Of a stretch of 51,595 nucleotides of DNA, positions 29,623-39,437 are shown one piece after another. The position numbers and the translations under genes were made by a program. Position 1 is the first letter of the stretch. Every line of letters starts with the position of its first letter. Under the pieces are notes generated by a model, which was given only the letters and a program-made list of their open reading frames with translations, searched no databases and had not been told where the DNA came from. Source of the DNA: an uncultured Bacilli bacterium (GTDB taxonomy: Bacteria > Bacillota_I > Bacilli_A > RF39 > UBA660). The stretch spans positions 1 through 51,595 of the forward strand of contig CANQQV010000011.1 of NCBI GenBank assembly GCA_947626095.1, written 5' to 3'.

Positions 29623-29781
29623 TTAATTTATTTGGTGATGACAATAACAAATGATTTATATGAGATTATCAGAAATGATAGTCTTTTTATTTTATTTAAA
29701 TCAGATTTAAATTTTTATATATGAATTTCTTTTTAGTGTCTAAATAGTTTTTTTGTCATAGATTATAATGAGGTGAAAACT

Positions 29782-30987
29782 ATGAAGAAAGTGGTTTTAG
29801 ATAGTGGTCATGGTGGCATCGACAAAGGATCTTCAGGTAATGGAATTATTGAAAAAGAATATACTTTAAAGATATCAGAATATATTCATAAAAGATTAGA
29901 TGAGTTAGGAATAGAAAATACAATGGTGAGAACTACTGATGAAACTATTGAACCTAATGATCGTGTTAAAAGAATATTAGATATATATGGTAATAATAAA
30001 GATGTTATTGTCCTTAGTAACCATATTAATGCTGGTGGAGGACAGGGTTCAGAGATTATCTATGCTTTAAGAAATAGTGATGCTTTAAGTAAAAGAATAG
30101 CTACTGAATTAGAAAATAATGGAAGAGATGTAAGAAAGTATTATCAAAGAAGATATCCATCAGATTCAAGTAAAGATTACTATTTTATACATCGTAATAC
30201 TGGTAATACAGAAGCTATTATAGTAGAATATGGTTTTTTAGATAATAGTACAGATGCTGAGTTACTAAAGAAATATTGGGAAGATTATGCAGAAGCGGTT
30301 GTTAAAGCGATAGCTGGTTATATTGGAGTACCATATAGTTTTACAGGGGAATCTGCTAATGAAAACTATTATATTGTTAAAAAAGGTGATAGTTTATGGA
30401 GTATTGCTAATAAATTTGGATTAACTGTGGAAAAGTTAAAAGATATGAACAACTTAGCTAGTAACATAATATCAGTTGGACAGAGATTGCTTGTAAAAGA
30501 TACTAGTTCAAGTAGTGATGTAGGAGTTTATTATACAGTTAAATCAGGTGATACATTATATGGCATAGCTAAACAATATGGCTTAACAGTTGATGAACTT
30601 AAGAAGATGAATAATCTAACTTCGAATAATTTAACGATTAATCAGAAATTACTAGTTAGTGGAACAGGCGATAATAGTTCTAATAGTGATTATGATACTT
30701 ATATAGTTAAGAGTGGAGATAGTTTATGGAGTATAGCTAGTAAATATGGAACAACTGTGGATAATTTAAAAGATATTAACAACTTAAATAGTGATTTATT
30801 AAGTATTGGACAAAAGTTATTATTGCCTAAGAGTAGTAGCGGATCAAGTAAAACTTATGTTGTAAAAGCTGGAGATACATTATATCAGATAGCAAGAAAA
30901 TATGGAACGACAGTAACGGATATTATTAATTTAAATGATATAAAAACAACTAATTTAAGTATTGGACAGGAATTATTAATACCTTAG
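29782..30987 (+). CDS. Amidase_3 + four LysM domains, no signal peptide
   Basis: LD.GHGG.D, S.H.NAG, I.E.GF; four Y.VK.GD.L..IA repeats. Confidence 0.93.
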   Translation: MKKVVLDSGHGGIDKGSSGNGIIEKEYTLKISEYIHKRLDELGIENTMVRTTDETIEPNDRVKRILDIYGNNKDVIVLSNHINAGGGQGSEIIYALRNSDALSKRIATELENNGRDVRKYYQRRYPSDSSKDYYFIHRNTGNTEAIIVEYGFLDNSTDAELLKKYWEDYAEAVVKAIAGYIGVPYSFTGESANENYYIVKKGDSLWSIANKFGLTVEKLKDMNNLASNIISVGQRLLVKDTSSSSDVGVYYTVKSGDTLYGIAKQYGLTVDELKKMNNLTSNNLTINQKLLVSGTGDNSSNSDYDTYIVKSGDSLWSIASKYGTTVDNLKDINNLNSDLLSIGQKLLLPKSSSGSSKTYVVKAGDTLYQIARKYGTTVTDIINLNDIKTTNLSIGQELLIP

Positions 30988-31054
30988 AAAGTAAGTTAAA
31001 TTCTTACTTTTTTTAATAAATGTAAAATGTTTTTAACTTTTTGTTAATAAGGTA

Positions 31055-31093
31055 TTGACTTTTATATATGTTATTAATATAATGATAATAACA
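31055..31093 (+). promoter_or_regulatory. SigA promoter of the pncA operon with overlapping 25-bp palindrome
   Basis: TTGACT(31055)-N17-TATAAT(31078); TGTTATTA-N9-TAATAACA at 31069-31093; second copy with 22/25 matches at 31126-31150. Confidence 0.8.
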
Positions 31094-31195
31094 GAAAACA
31101 AAAAGCTGTTTAAATTTTTAATATTTGATATTAATAAAATGATAATAACTTTATTATAATATCTGATATTAACAAAAAGTAAAAAAGAAAAGGAA

Positions 31196-31807
31196 ATGAG
31201 AAAAATGAATAAGAAAAAAGAAATTAGTAAAATGAATGAAGCAGTATTTTTAATCGATATGAATGTAGGTTTTTGTGAGGAAGGAAAGTTAGCAGATCCA
31301 ACTATTAAGCATATTGTACCTAACATTATTCCAATTATTAGAACAACTTTAGAAAAGGGTGAAGGATTATTTGTCGTAAATGATTGTCATACTAAAGATA
31401 GTGTAGAACTTAAAAGATATCCTGAACATTGTATGGGAGATAAAGAATCTAGAACAATTAAAGAATTAGCTATTTATGAAGAATATGCAAGCAAAACTTT
31501 TTTAAAAAATTCAACTTGTGCTTTATTTGCCCCAGGGATGATGGAAATGCTTATGGATATGGGTGAACTTAAAAGAGTAGTTATTGTAGGTTGTTGTACT
31601 GATATATGTATTCAAAACTTTGCAATAGCTTTAAGAAACTTCTTTGATGAAATGAATATGGATGTCGATATTATCGTACCTAAAGATGCGGTTGAAACTT
31701 ATGATATACCAAATGTTCATGAGAGAAAACCAAATAATGAAAGGGCTTATACAGTAATGGAAAATACAGGAATTAAATTAGTTAAAACAATGAGTGAGGA
31801 GAATTAA
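31196..31807 (+). CDS. pncA: Nicotinamidase (isochorismatase family)
   Basis: IDM..GF, D.H, HC, KNS, GCCTDIC; upstream of pncB. Confidence 0.85.
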   Translation: MRKMNKKKEISKMNEAVFLIDMNVGFCEEGKLADPTIKHIVPNIIPIIRTTLEKGEGLFVVNDCHTKDSVELKRYPEHCMGDKESRTIKELAIYEEYASKTFLKNSTCALFAPGMMEMLMDMGELKRVVIVGCCTDICIQNFAIALRNFFDEMNMDVDIIVPKDAVETYDIPNVHERKPNNERAYTVMENTGIKLVKTMSEEN

Positions 31808-31810
31808 GAT

Positions 31811-33280
31811 ATGAGAAATTTAACAATGATGACTGACTTATATGAACTTACAATGAGTCAAGTATATTTTAGTAAAGGTAAAGATAAGGAAGAAGCAGTA
31901 TTTGATGCTTTCTTTAGAAAGAATCCTTTTGATAAAGGATATGGCGTTATGGGTGGTGTTAAAGAGATAATTGATTATATTAAGAATTTTCATTTTAATG
32001 ATGATGATATTGATTATCTAAGAGGTACTGGTTTATTTAATGAAGAATTTTTAAATTATTTAAGAGGTATTAAGTTTACTGGTAGTATTTATGCGGTACC
32101 TGATGGAACCCCAGTATTTGCTAATGAACCAATTGTAACAGTTAAAGCACCAATTATTGAAGCCCAAATTATTGAAACAATATTACTTAGTTATTTAAAC
32201 GCTGGTATTTGTTATGCAACAGCTGCTAAAAGAGTAGTTGAAGCTGCTGGTAAGATTCCTATTAGTGAGTTTGGAGCACGTCGTGCTTTAGGACCAGAAA
32301 CAGCAGTTTTAGCAAGTTCATATGCCATAGTTGGTGGTTGTGCGGGAACATCTAATGTTTTAGCTGGTCAAGAAAAAGACATACCAATATCTGGAACATT
32401 TGCGCATAGTTATGTAACTTCTTTTCCAACAGAGTATGATGCTTTTATAGCTTATGCAGATATTTATCCAGATAATTGTACTTTACTTGTTGATACTTAT
32501 GATGTTTTAAAAAGTGGGGTTCCTAATGCTATTAAGACTGCCCAATATTTAAGAAGTAAAGGACATGAATTAAAAGCAATTAGAATAGATTCAGGAGATT
32601 TAGCTTATCTATCTAAAGAAACAAGAAGAATGTTTGATGAAGCGGGATTTCCTAATGTTAAAATATGTATTTCTAATGGACTTACAGAAAGAACAATTCG
32701 TTCATTAAAAGAACAAGAAGCACCAATTGATTTAATTGGTTTAGGTGATAATATTGTCTTACCTGATAAAGCGAGAGTTGGTTGTGTTTATAAACTAGGA
32801 GCTATGAATATTAATGGAGAATATGTATCTAAGATTAAAGCTAGTAATGATGAAGCTAAAGCAATAACACCTGGGTATAAAAGAGTATATAGATTTTATG
32901 ATGAACAAACTGGTTATGCTTTAGGGGATGTAGTAGCATTATATGATGAAAATATACCTAAAGATAGTTTTACTTTAATTGATCCTAGTAATGAAAATAA
33001 TACTTCAACGATTAAGAATTATCGTATTAGAGAGTTACAAGTACCAATATTTAGTAATGGTGAATTAGTTTATGATGATCCTGATATTAGAACTAAGAGA
33101 GATTATTGTACTAATGAAATGGATACTTTATATCCTGAAGTTAAAAGAGAAGAAAATCCACATGGATATTATGTTGATTTAACAAGAAAATTACTTAATT
33201 TAAAAAGAGAGTTAATTAGAGAAGCTAAAAGTCAACAGGTAGAATATGATATTGATGTTAAATTAGTTAAAGATTTATAA
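31811..33280 (+). CDS. pncB: Nicotinate phosphoribosyltransferase
   Basis: TDLYELTM, FFRK.PF, EFGARR, GT.AHS, LLVDTYD, IRIDSGD, VYKL. Confidence 0.96.
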   Translation: MRNLTMMTDLYELTMSQVYFSKGKDKEEAVFDAFFRKNPFDKGYGVMGGVKEIIDYIKNFHFNDDDIDYLRGTGLFNEEFLNYLRGIKFTGSIYAVPDGTPVFANEPIVTVKAPIIEAQIIETILLSYLNAGICYATAAKRVVEAAGKIPISEFGARRALGPETAVLASSYAIVGGCAGTSNVLAGQEKDIPISGTFAHSYVTSFPTEYDAFIAYADIYPDNCTLLVDTYDVLKSGVPNAIKTAQYLRSKGHELKAIRIDSGDLAYLSKETRRMFDEAGFPNVKICISNGLTERTIRSLKEQEAPIDLIGLGDNIVLPDKARVGCVYKLGAMNINGEYVSKIKASNDEAKAITPGYKRVYRFYDEQTGYALGDVVALYDENIPKDSFTLIDPSNENNTSTIKNYRIRELQVPIFSNGELVYDDPDIRTKRDYCTNEMDTLYPEVKREENPHGYYVDLTRKLLNLKRELIREAKSQQVEYDIDVKLVKDL

Positions 33281-33295
33281 TTATGTTAGAAGTGA

Positions 33296-33919
33296 GTGAT
33301 GATAATGGATAGTATAACTTTAAAGAAAATGAAAGAAATTGTCGAAAAATTAAAGGTTGCTAAAAGTGAGTTAATATCTTCTTATGAAGAGGGATATATT
33401 GGTAAGAAGGTTTATCGTGTTACTTTAGCAGATGGCTCTTCAAGGATGTGTGAACAAATTACCAAGAATAAACGTAATGGGGATGCGGTAATTATCTTAC
33501 CAATTACAACAGATGGTAATTTTGTAATGATTTTAGAATCACGTCCTAATACCGAGGAAAATGTTGTAGCTGAATTTCCGGCAGGTATGGTTGATCCTGG
33601 CGAAGAACCAATTGTTTCAGCGAAAAGAGAATTACTTGAAGAAACCGGATATGAAGCAGAAGAATTATATGAGTTAGAATGCCATTATCAAGATCAAGGT
33701 TGTAGTAAAGCTAAGGTAAGAATTTATATGGCTGTAGGATGCAAAAAGGTACAAGAACAGAGAGTAGAAGATTCAGAAAAAATAGAATGTTTTGAAATGA
33801 CTTATGATGAGATATTAAAGTTGTTAAGAGGTGAATCTGAAGTACCAGCTGAAATTTTAGATTCAGGTAGTAAGTTAGCTATTATGACTTATACCTTAAA
33901 GAAGAAGGGAATACTATGA
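33296..33919 (+). CDS. NUDIX hydrolase, ADP-ribose pyrophosphatase-like
   Basis: Intact Nudix box EFPAG.VD.GE....A.RELLEETG; start uncertain (GTG 33296 or a nearby ATG). Confidence 0.85.
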   Translation: MMIMDSITLKKMKEIVEKLKVAKSELISSYEEGYIGKKVYRVTLADGSSRMCEQITKNKRNGDAVIILPITTDGNFVMILESRPNTEENVVAEFPAGMVDPGEEPIVSAKRELLEETGYEAEELYELECHYQDQGCSKAKVRIYMAVGCKKVQEQRVEDSEKIECFEMTYDEILKLLRGESEVPAEILDSGSKLAIMTYTLKKKGIL

Positions 33920-35832
33920 ATAAAAAATATGGATATGTAAGAGTTGCAGCGTCTGTACCTGAACTTAGGGTTGCTAATGTTGAATTCAATACAAATGAGA
34001 TCATTAAAGAAATAAAAGTTCTAGATAATGAGGTTGTCCAAATAGTTACTTTTCCTGAATTATGTATTACAGGTTATACTTGTGCTGATTTATTTAGTCA
34101 AGATATTTTATTAAATAAAGCTTTAGATGGATTAAAGAAAATATTAGATGAAACTAGTAAATTAGATATTATAAGTATTTTAGGTGTACCTATTGTTTGT
34201 GATAATCAGTTATTTAACTGTGGGGTAGTAATTAATAAAGGTGAAGTATTAGGAATTGTACCGAAGACTTATATACCTAATTATGGGGAATTTTATGAAA
34301 AAAGATGGTTTAGTACAAGTAATACGTTAAGAAGTAAGAGTATTAAACTATTTGGTAAAGATGTACCGATTGGAACTGATTTAGTATTTAGTGATATAGA
34401 AGATAAAAAATTTACTTTTGGTATAGAAGTATGTGAAGACTTATGGAGTCCTAAAGCTCCTAGTGTGGAAGCTGCTTTAAATGGAGCAACAATGATATTT
34501 AATTTATCAGCTAGTAATGAAGTAATTGGGAAATATAGTTATCGTAAAAATTTAATTAATATGCAAGCCGCTAAGAATGTATGTGCTTATATTTATGCTT
34601 CTTCTGGAGTTAATGAATCAACAACGGATTTAGTATTTTCTGGTTATGCAGGAATATCTGAAAATGGTTCAATGTTAGTTGAAAACGAAAGATTTAATTT
34701 TAAAACTAATCATATTATAAGTGATGTGGATATTCAAAGACTTATGAACAATCGAATTAAAGATATAAGTTTTATGGGAATTGGTTCTAATCTTACTTAT
34801 CGAGTTATTGATATTAATCTAAAAGATAAGAATACTGATTTACTTAGAAATTATGATGTATATCCTTTTGTACCAAGTGATGAAAGTAAAAGAGCAGCTA
34901 GATGTAAAGAGATTATTAGTATTCAAGCTTGTGGTTTAGCTAAAAGAATTAAACATACCGAAATGAAAAAATGTGTTATCGGTATTAGTGGTGGCTTAGA
35001 TAGTACTTTAGCTTTCTTAGTAATAATTGAAGCTTATCGTATGTTAGGTATTAGTAATGATAATTTAATCGGAGTTACTATGCCTGGATTTGGAACAACT
35101 GGTAGGACTTATAATAATGCTTTAACATTAATGAAAAGTTATGGAGTTACCGTTAAAGAAGTAAGTATTAAGGAAGCTTCATTACAACATTTTAAAGATA
35201 TTGGTTTAGATCCTAATGATCGTAGTGTTACTTATGAGAATACCCAAGCGAGGGAAAGAACACAGATACTTATGGATATTGCTAATAAAGAAGGTGGCTT
35301 AGTAATAGGTACTGGTGATTTATCTGAGTTAGCTTTAGGTTGGTGTACATATAATGGAGATCATATGTCAATGTATGCAGTTAATACCTCAATACCTAAG
35401 ACTTTAGTTAGATATTTAGTTAAGTATTTTGCCGATACAGAAAATGACGAAAAATGTCAAAAAACAATCTTAGATATTTTAGATACTCCAATAAGTCCTG
35501 AGTTATTACCACCAGATAAAGATGGTAATATTAAACAACAAACTGAAAGTGTTGTTGGACCTTATATCTTACATGATTTTTTCTTATATCACTTTATGAG
35601 ATATGGAGCTAGTCCAGATAAAATAAGATATATAGCGAATAAAACATTTAAAGATATGTATGATAGGGAAACAATTGATAAATGGTTAAAGTTCTTTATT
35701 AAGAGATTCTTTAATCAACAATTTAAGAGAAGTTGTTTACCTGATGGACCTAAAGTAGGAACTATTAGTGTTTCACCAAGGGGAGATTTAAGAATGCCAA
35801 GTGATGCTGATAGTAGTACTTGGTTAGAATAG
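33916..35832 (+). CDS. nadE: Glutamine-dependent NAD+ synthetase
   Basis: Nitrilase domain (FPEL..TGY, E.CED.W), GISGGLDS, EN.QARER, SPRGD.RMPSD. Confidence 0.97.
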   Translation: MNKKYGYVRVAASVPELRVANVEFNTNEIIKEIKVLDNEVVQIVTFPELCITGYTCADLFSQDILLNKALDGLKKILDETSKLDIISILGVPIVCDNQLFNCGVVINKGEVLGIVPKTYIPNYGEFYEKRWFSTSNTLRSKSIKLFGKDVPIGTDLVFSDIEDKKFTFGIEVCEDLWSPKAPSVEAALNGATMIFNLSASNEVIGKYSYRKNLINMQAAKNVCAYIYASSGVNESTTDLVFSGYAGISENGSMLVENERFNFKTNHIISDVDIQRLMNNRIKDISFMGIGSNLTYRVIDINLKDKNTDLLRNYDVYPFVPSDESKRAARCKEIISIQACGLAKRIKHTEMKKCVIGISGGLDSTLAFLVIIEAYRMLGISNDNLIGVTMPGFGTTGRTYNNALTLMKSYGVTVKEVSIKEASLQHFKDIGLDPNDRSVTYENTQARERTQILMDIANKEGGLVIGTGDLSELALGWCTYNGDHMSMYAVNTSIPKTLVRYLVKYFADTENDEKCQKTILDILDTPISPELLPPDKDGNIKQQTESVVGPYILHDFFLYHFMRYGASPDKIRYIANKTFKDMYDRETIDKWLKFFIKRFFNQQFKRSCLPDGPKVGTISVSPRGDLRMPSDADSSTWLE

Positions 35833-35837
35833 GTCTT

Positions 35838-35866
35838 TTGACTTTGAAGGTAAAATATGGTATAAT
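35838..35866 (+). promoter_or_regulatory. SigA promoter with extended -10, driving the riboswitch leader
   Basis: TTGACT-N17-TATAAT with TG extension. Confidence 0.85.
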
Positions 35867-35875
35867 ATAAATACT

Positions 35876-35986
35876 TAAGAGGGAGTAGTTCCACTAAATA
35901 TAGTGAAATAATCCAACATCATGATTATAAAAAATCTGGGTTATATAAGAACAAGACTTTTATGTTATAGCATAAAAGTCTTTTTT
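35876..35986 (+). ncRNA. yybP-ykoY (Mn2+) riboswitch with overlapping intrinsic terminator
   Basis: P1 TAAGAG/CTTTTA and GTTC/GAAC around a GGAGTA/AAGA loop; P2 CACTA/TAGTG; P3 ATAATC/GGTTAT with CAACATCAT loop; terminator AAGACTTTTATG/CATAAAAGTCTT plus T tract. Confidence 0.85.
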
Positions 35987-36011
35987 ATATCTTAAGTTAG
36001 AGGTGGATGTT

Positions 36012-36797
36012 ATGAAAATAAAATTTAATATCAATGGTTTAATTGGTAAGAGAGGTGTGGCTTTAGCTTTAGCAGTTATTAGTGCAACTACATTATCTGG
36101 TTGTGGAAAGAAAGCTGATTGTGATATAAGTAGTAATCATCTCCATAAATATGTTAATACCGAAGGATATATAAGATATATAGATAAAGAGTATTTAAAA
36201 TATGAAGGATATGAATGGACTTCTGATTATGTAGAAGCTACTAAAGAAGATATTGAAACAAGAGAATTAATGGATAAAAAAGATTTATTACGTATTGATG
36301 AAAACTTAGAAACAATTCAAAATATGCAGCAAGCTAATTCTGATTTTTTAGAATATCGTTATTCTTATATCTTTTTACAACCGATTCCTCATATGTTTTC
36401 TAATGGTAAGACAACATATACAATGTTTACTTATATTCCCGTAACCCATTATTCGTGGACTAGTGATAGTGAACATTCAAATTTAACTGGTGAAAAAAGA
36501 TTATGCCATTATATGTATAGAGCTTATAAAATAGAAATAGATGAAAAAGGTAAAGAGGTATTAATACCTAGTGATTATATAGATGATATAACTAAAGTTA
36601 TGGATGAGTATCCTTATATTAAAAAAGATTATTATAAGATATTTAATGCAGAGCTTAATTGTGAAGCTGATTATGAGGATGGTCCAGAAGAAGAATTAAG
36701 TGATGAAGAAAGAGAAAAGAGAGATTCTAATATAGATCCTTCATATAATAGTTCATCTATTAATAATAAGGGAATGAAGCTTACGCTTACGAAATAA
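36012..36797 (+). CDS. Hypothetical lipoprotein under riboswitch control
   Basis: Lipobox LSGC after a basic/hydrophobic leader; RBS GAGGTG; no family recognised. Confidence 0.8.
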   Translation: MKIKFNINGLIGKRGVALALAVISATTLSGCGKKADCDISSNHLHKYVNTEGYIRYIDKEYLKYEGYEWTSDYVEATKEDIETRELMDKKDLLRIDENLETIQNMQQANSDFLEYRYSYIFLQPIPHMFSNGKTTYTMFTYIPVTHYSWTSDSEHSNLTGEKRLCHYMYRAYKIEIDEKGKEVLIPSDYIDDITKVMDEYPYIKKDYYKIFNAELNCEADYEDGPEEELSDEEREKRDSNIDPSYNSSSINNKGMKLTLTK

Positions 36798-36897
36798 AAG
36801 AAATGTCAATTTTTTATAAAGAAATTAGACATTTCTTTTTTATTGTTTTGAGGTAATATTAATTATGTTATAATTTTGATAATAGGGAGGACTATTT

Positions 36898-38466
36898 ATG
36901 AGCACGGGATTAATTAAAAATAATGGTTATTCTTACTATATTCCTGATGAAGTTGACGATTCAACAACAGCATTTATTTATTATCCTGGTTCTGGTGGTG
37001 CGGGGAATGATGCGGCAGTATTAAGAAATATCATTCAATCTAATCCTAATCAAATTATTATAATTGCTGATACTGCTTATCAAAATATAAATCAAGCTAG
37101 TGATACTTATTTTAACTTGATTAAACAAATTGGTGATGATAATGGTGCTAATATCTCCAATATTGTTACGATGGGATTTAGTGCTGGAGGACCAAATACT
37201 TTTAATGGATTAATGAGAAATATAAATGATCATCCAGATGCTGGACCTCAAACAGCAGTTTTTGTTGATGTGGTTCAACATAATGGCTTTTATGGTGCGG
37301 TAAATAGCGAAAGTATTGAGACATTAAAAAATAACGAGGCTACCTTATTATTCTTTGAACCTAATGGAACTATTGAAGAAACAGAAAAAACATTAGCAGC
37401 AAATGGAGTTGACGTAATAGTTGCTTGGACATCTGGTAATCATAGTACACATATTAATTTAAATAAAGAAGCTTTCCAAAATGGAATAGTTGATTTAACA
37501 AGTGCCAATATTGAAGAACTAGCTAATAGTGATATATATACTTTTGTTAAATATAATCCGAATACTGGTAAATGGGATCAGATTTCAATGGATGAAGTAT
37601 CTGCTAAATTTGCTGATTTATCTATAGATCCTAATGATCCTTTTAGATATTATAAAAAATTAGGTAATTTAAAAGAGTTACAATGTAATAATGAGTTTAT
37701 TGGTTCGAAAATAAATAATATTAGAAATGCGATAAAAAATACTAACTTTTTAGCTAGTACTAGTTTAGATTCTTATAGTAGTACAACGAATATTCCTAAT
37801 GGTGAAACAGAGATAATTCAAAGTTATTTTACGGCTTGTTCAGAACTACTTAGTTATCTTGAAAAAGATACGGTTAAAATAATTCAAATTGGTAATTCGA
37901 TAAAAGATTTAAATACTTCATTAACAAATGAAGCTAATGACTTAAATAATAGTGTTTCTTATTATAATAATAACAGTTCTAATGTTGGTAATAATAATAC
38001 TTATTATAATGGTAATAATTATAGTATTGGTAATAGTAATTTTGTTAATGGTGTTACAGGAGCAACAGTTGTTGGAGTAGGAACTAATATTATTGAACAG
38101 ATGACAACAGCTGAAAAAGAAGAAAAAATTAAAGAAATTAAAAAAGAATTCTTAAAATATGATGAATTGTATTCAGATGATGAAAAAATTGTTTATCAAA
38201 AAGATGATGATTATAAAATTGTTGTTCATTATGCGGGAGATGAAATACTTACTTTAGAATATTATTTTAAATATAAAAATGAGGAAGAAGCTAAGGAAGC
38301 AATTAAGGCACTAAAGACTAAATTCGAAGGTGTTGAAGATGTTGTTCGTGATGGAAAATATGCTAAAGTAATTTTTGATAAAGATGTATATAAAGGTTTA
38401 ACATTAGATGAATTAAAAGATATGTATAAAGATTTAAAAGAATTAGTAAAGGAGGAAGATAAATAG
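36898..38466 (+). CDS. N-terminal alpha/beta-hydrolase + helical (WXG/LXG-like) segment + Asn-rich linker + C-terminal domain
   Basis: YYPGSGG oxyanion-like loop, GFSAGG nucleophile elbow, downstream His residues; no signal peptide. Confidence 0.65.
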   Translation: MSTGLIKNNGYSYYIPDEVDDSTTAFIYYPGSGGAGNDAAVLRNIIQSNPNQIIIIADTAYQNINQASDTYFNLIKQIGDDNGANISNIVTMGFSAGGPNTFNGLMRNINDHPDAGPQTAVFVDVVQHNGFYGAVNSESIETLKNNEATLLFFEPNGTIEETEKTLAANGVDVIVAWTSGNHSTHINLNKEAFQNGIVDLTSANIEELANSDIYTFVKYNPNTGKWDQISMDEVSAKFADLSIDPNDPFRYYKKLGNLKELQCNNEFIGSKINNIRNAIKNTNFLASTSLDSYSSTTNIPNGETEIIQSYFTACSELLSYLEKDTVKIIQIGNSIKDLNTSLTNEANDLNNSVSYYNNNSSNVGNNNTYYNGNNYSIGNSNFVNGVTGATVVGVGTNIIEQMTTAEKEEKIKEIKKEFLKYDELYSDDEKIVYQKDDDYKIVVHYAGDEILTLEYYFKYKNEEEAKEAIKALKTKFEGVEDVVRDGKYAKVIFDKDVYKGLTLDELKDMYKDLKELVKEEDK

Positions 38467-39050
38467 TGGCGATACTTATTAAAAGTGATTTGGTTGAAGC
38501 TAATTCCTCTAAATTGGTATCTAGTTTAGAAAAAGATAAAGAAGATACTGAGGCTTTAATTAGTGTTATAGAGGACTTTATTGATTCTTCTAAGGAGGTA
38601 CTTGTTGGTGATTCTTTTGAAGCTGTTAGGAATCATTTACAAGAATATATTAATCTATTACAAACAAGGTTAAAAATAGCTGATTCATTGTTTACAGCCG
38701 TTAATAATGCTAATCAAACAATGATTGATTATATGGGAACTGAAGATAAGATAGATTCTAGTAGTATTGATACATTAAAACAACAATTATCATTAGTTAC
38801 GACTAATTATGATGACGCTGTTACAAGAATAAATAAATATGATGCTGATAGAGAATGGGAATCATTAGATACTTTATGTAATAGAAGAGATTCGTTAGAA
38901 CAAGAAATTAATAGTTTAAAAGTTAAAATTGATTTAGCTACAAATTTAGAAGCTAAAGATACTAGTACTTATTCAACTTTCTTACAATCAGAAGTAGAAA
39001 TAACTAACTTTAAAAATGGCGTTGGAGGAATAAAAACGATTAGTATATAA
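38466..39050 (+). CDS. Stand-alone LXG-domain-like helical protein
   Basis: I..FI.....LVG.SFEA....L, M..Y.G....ID, coiled coil; GTG start overlaps the upstream stop. Confidence 0.6.
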   Translation: MAILIKSDLVEANSSKLVSSLEKDKEDTEALISVIEDFIDSSKEVLVGDSFEAVRNHLQEYINLLQTRLKIADSLFTAVNNANQTMIDYMGTEDKIDSSSIDTLKQQLSLVTTNYDDAVTRINKYDADREWESLDTLCNRRDSLEQEINSLKVKIDLATNLEAKDTSTYSTFLQSEVEITNFKNGVGGIKTISI

Positions 39051-39128
39051 GTGTTAAGTTTTAATGCTTTAACTTGGAAAATACTTTAAATATTGATATA
39101 CTTTATTTATATAGGAGGGTAGATTAAA

Positions 39129-39437
39129 ATGTCTGGAGATATTTTTGGAGCACATACTGGAGCATTAGCAGAAGGTTCACAAAGAATTATGAATGTTGCT
39201 AATGATTTTAAAAATGAATATGAAAAAATGTTTTTAGTAGTTGATTCCTTAGTAGGTAGTGAATGGTCAAGTCCAGCAGCTACAGCAGTAGCTAATAAAA
39301 TAGTTGAACAAAGACCTAATCTAGAAGCAATGTATAAAGCTATTTGCAGTTATTCTGAATATTGTGGAAGAGCAGCTAATAAAATAGAAGAAAATGAAGA
39401 AAACATCGTTACGGGAGTAGGTGGTTATAATGGCTGA
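39129..39437 (+). CDS. WXG100-like protein (central WSS)
   Basis: 102 aa; L....WSS.AA; C-terminal Y...C..AA...EE.E..I. Confidence 0.75.
   Translation: MSGDIFGAHTGALAEGSQRIMNVANDFKNEYEKMFLVVDSLVGSEWSSPAATAVANKIVEQRPNLEAMYKAICSYSEYCGRAANKIEENEENIVTGVGGYNG

Noticed and set aside
30370-30985. Four tandem repeats
   Set aside because: Ordinary LysM domains.
36012-36797. Lipoprotein as immunity protein for the downstream hydrolase
   Set aside because: It has its own riboswitch and a terminator-like hairpin, and the hydrolase has a separate -10 element. Not excluded, but unsupported.
37950-38050. AAT-rich repeats, and AGT-rich repeats at about 19240-19440, as possible arrays
   Set aside because: They are in-frame Asn- and Ser-rich linkers with no repeat-spacer structure; not CRISPR.
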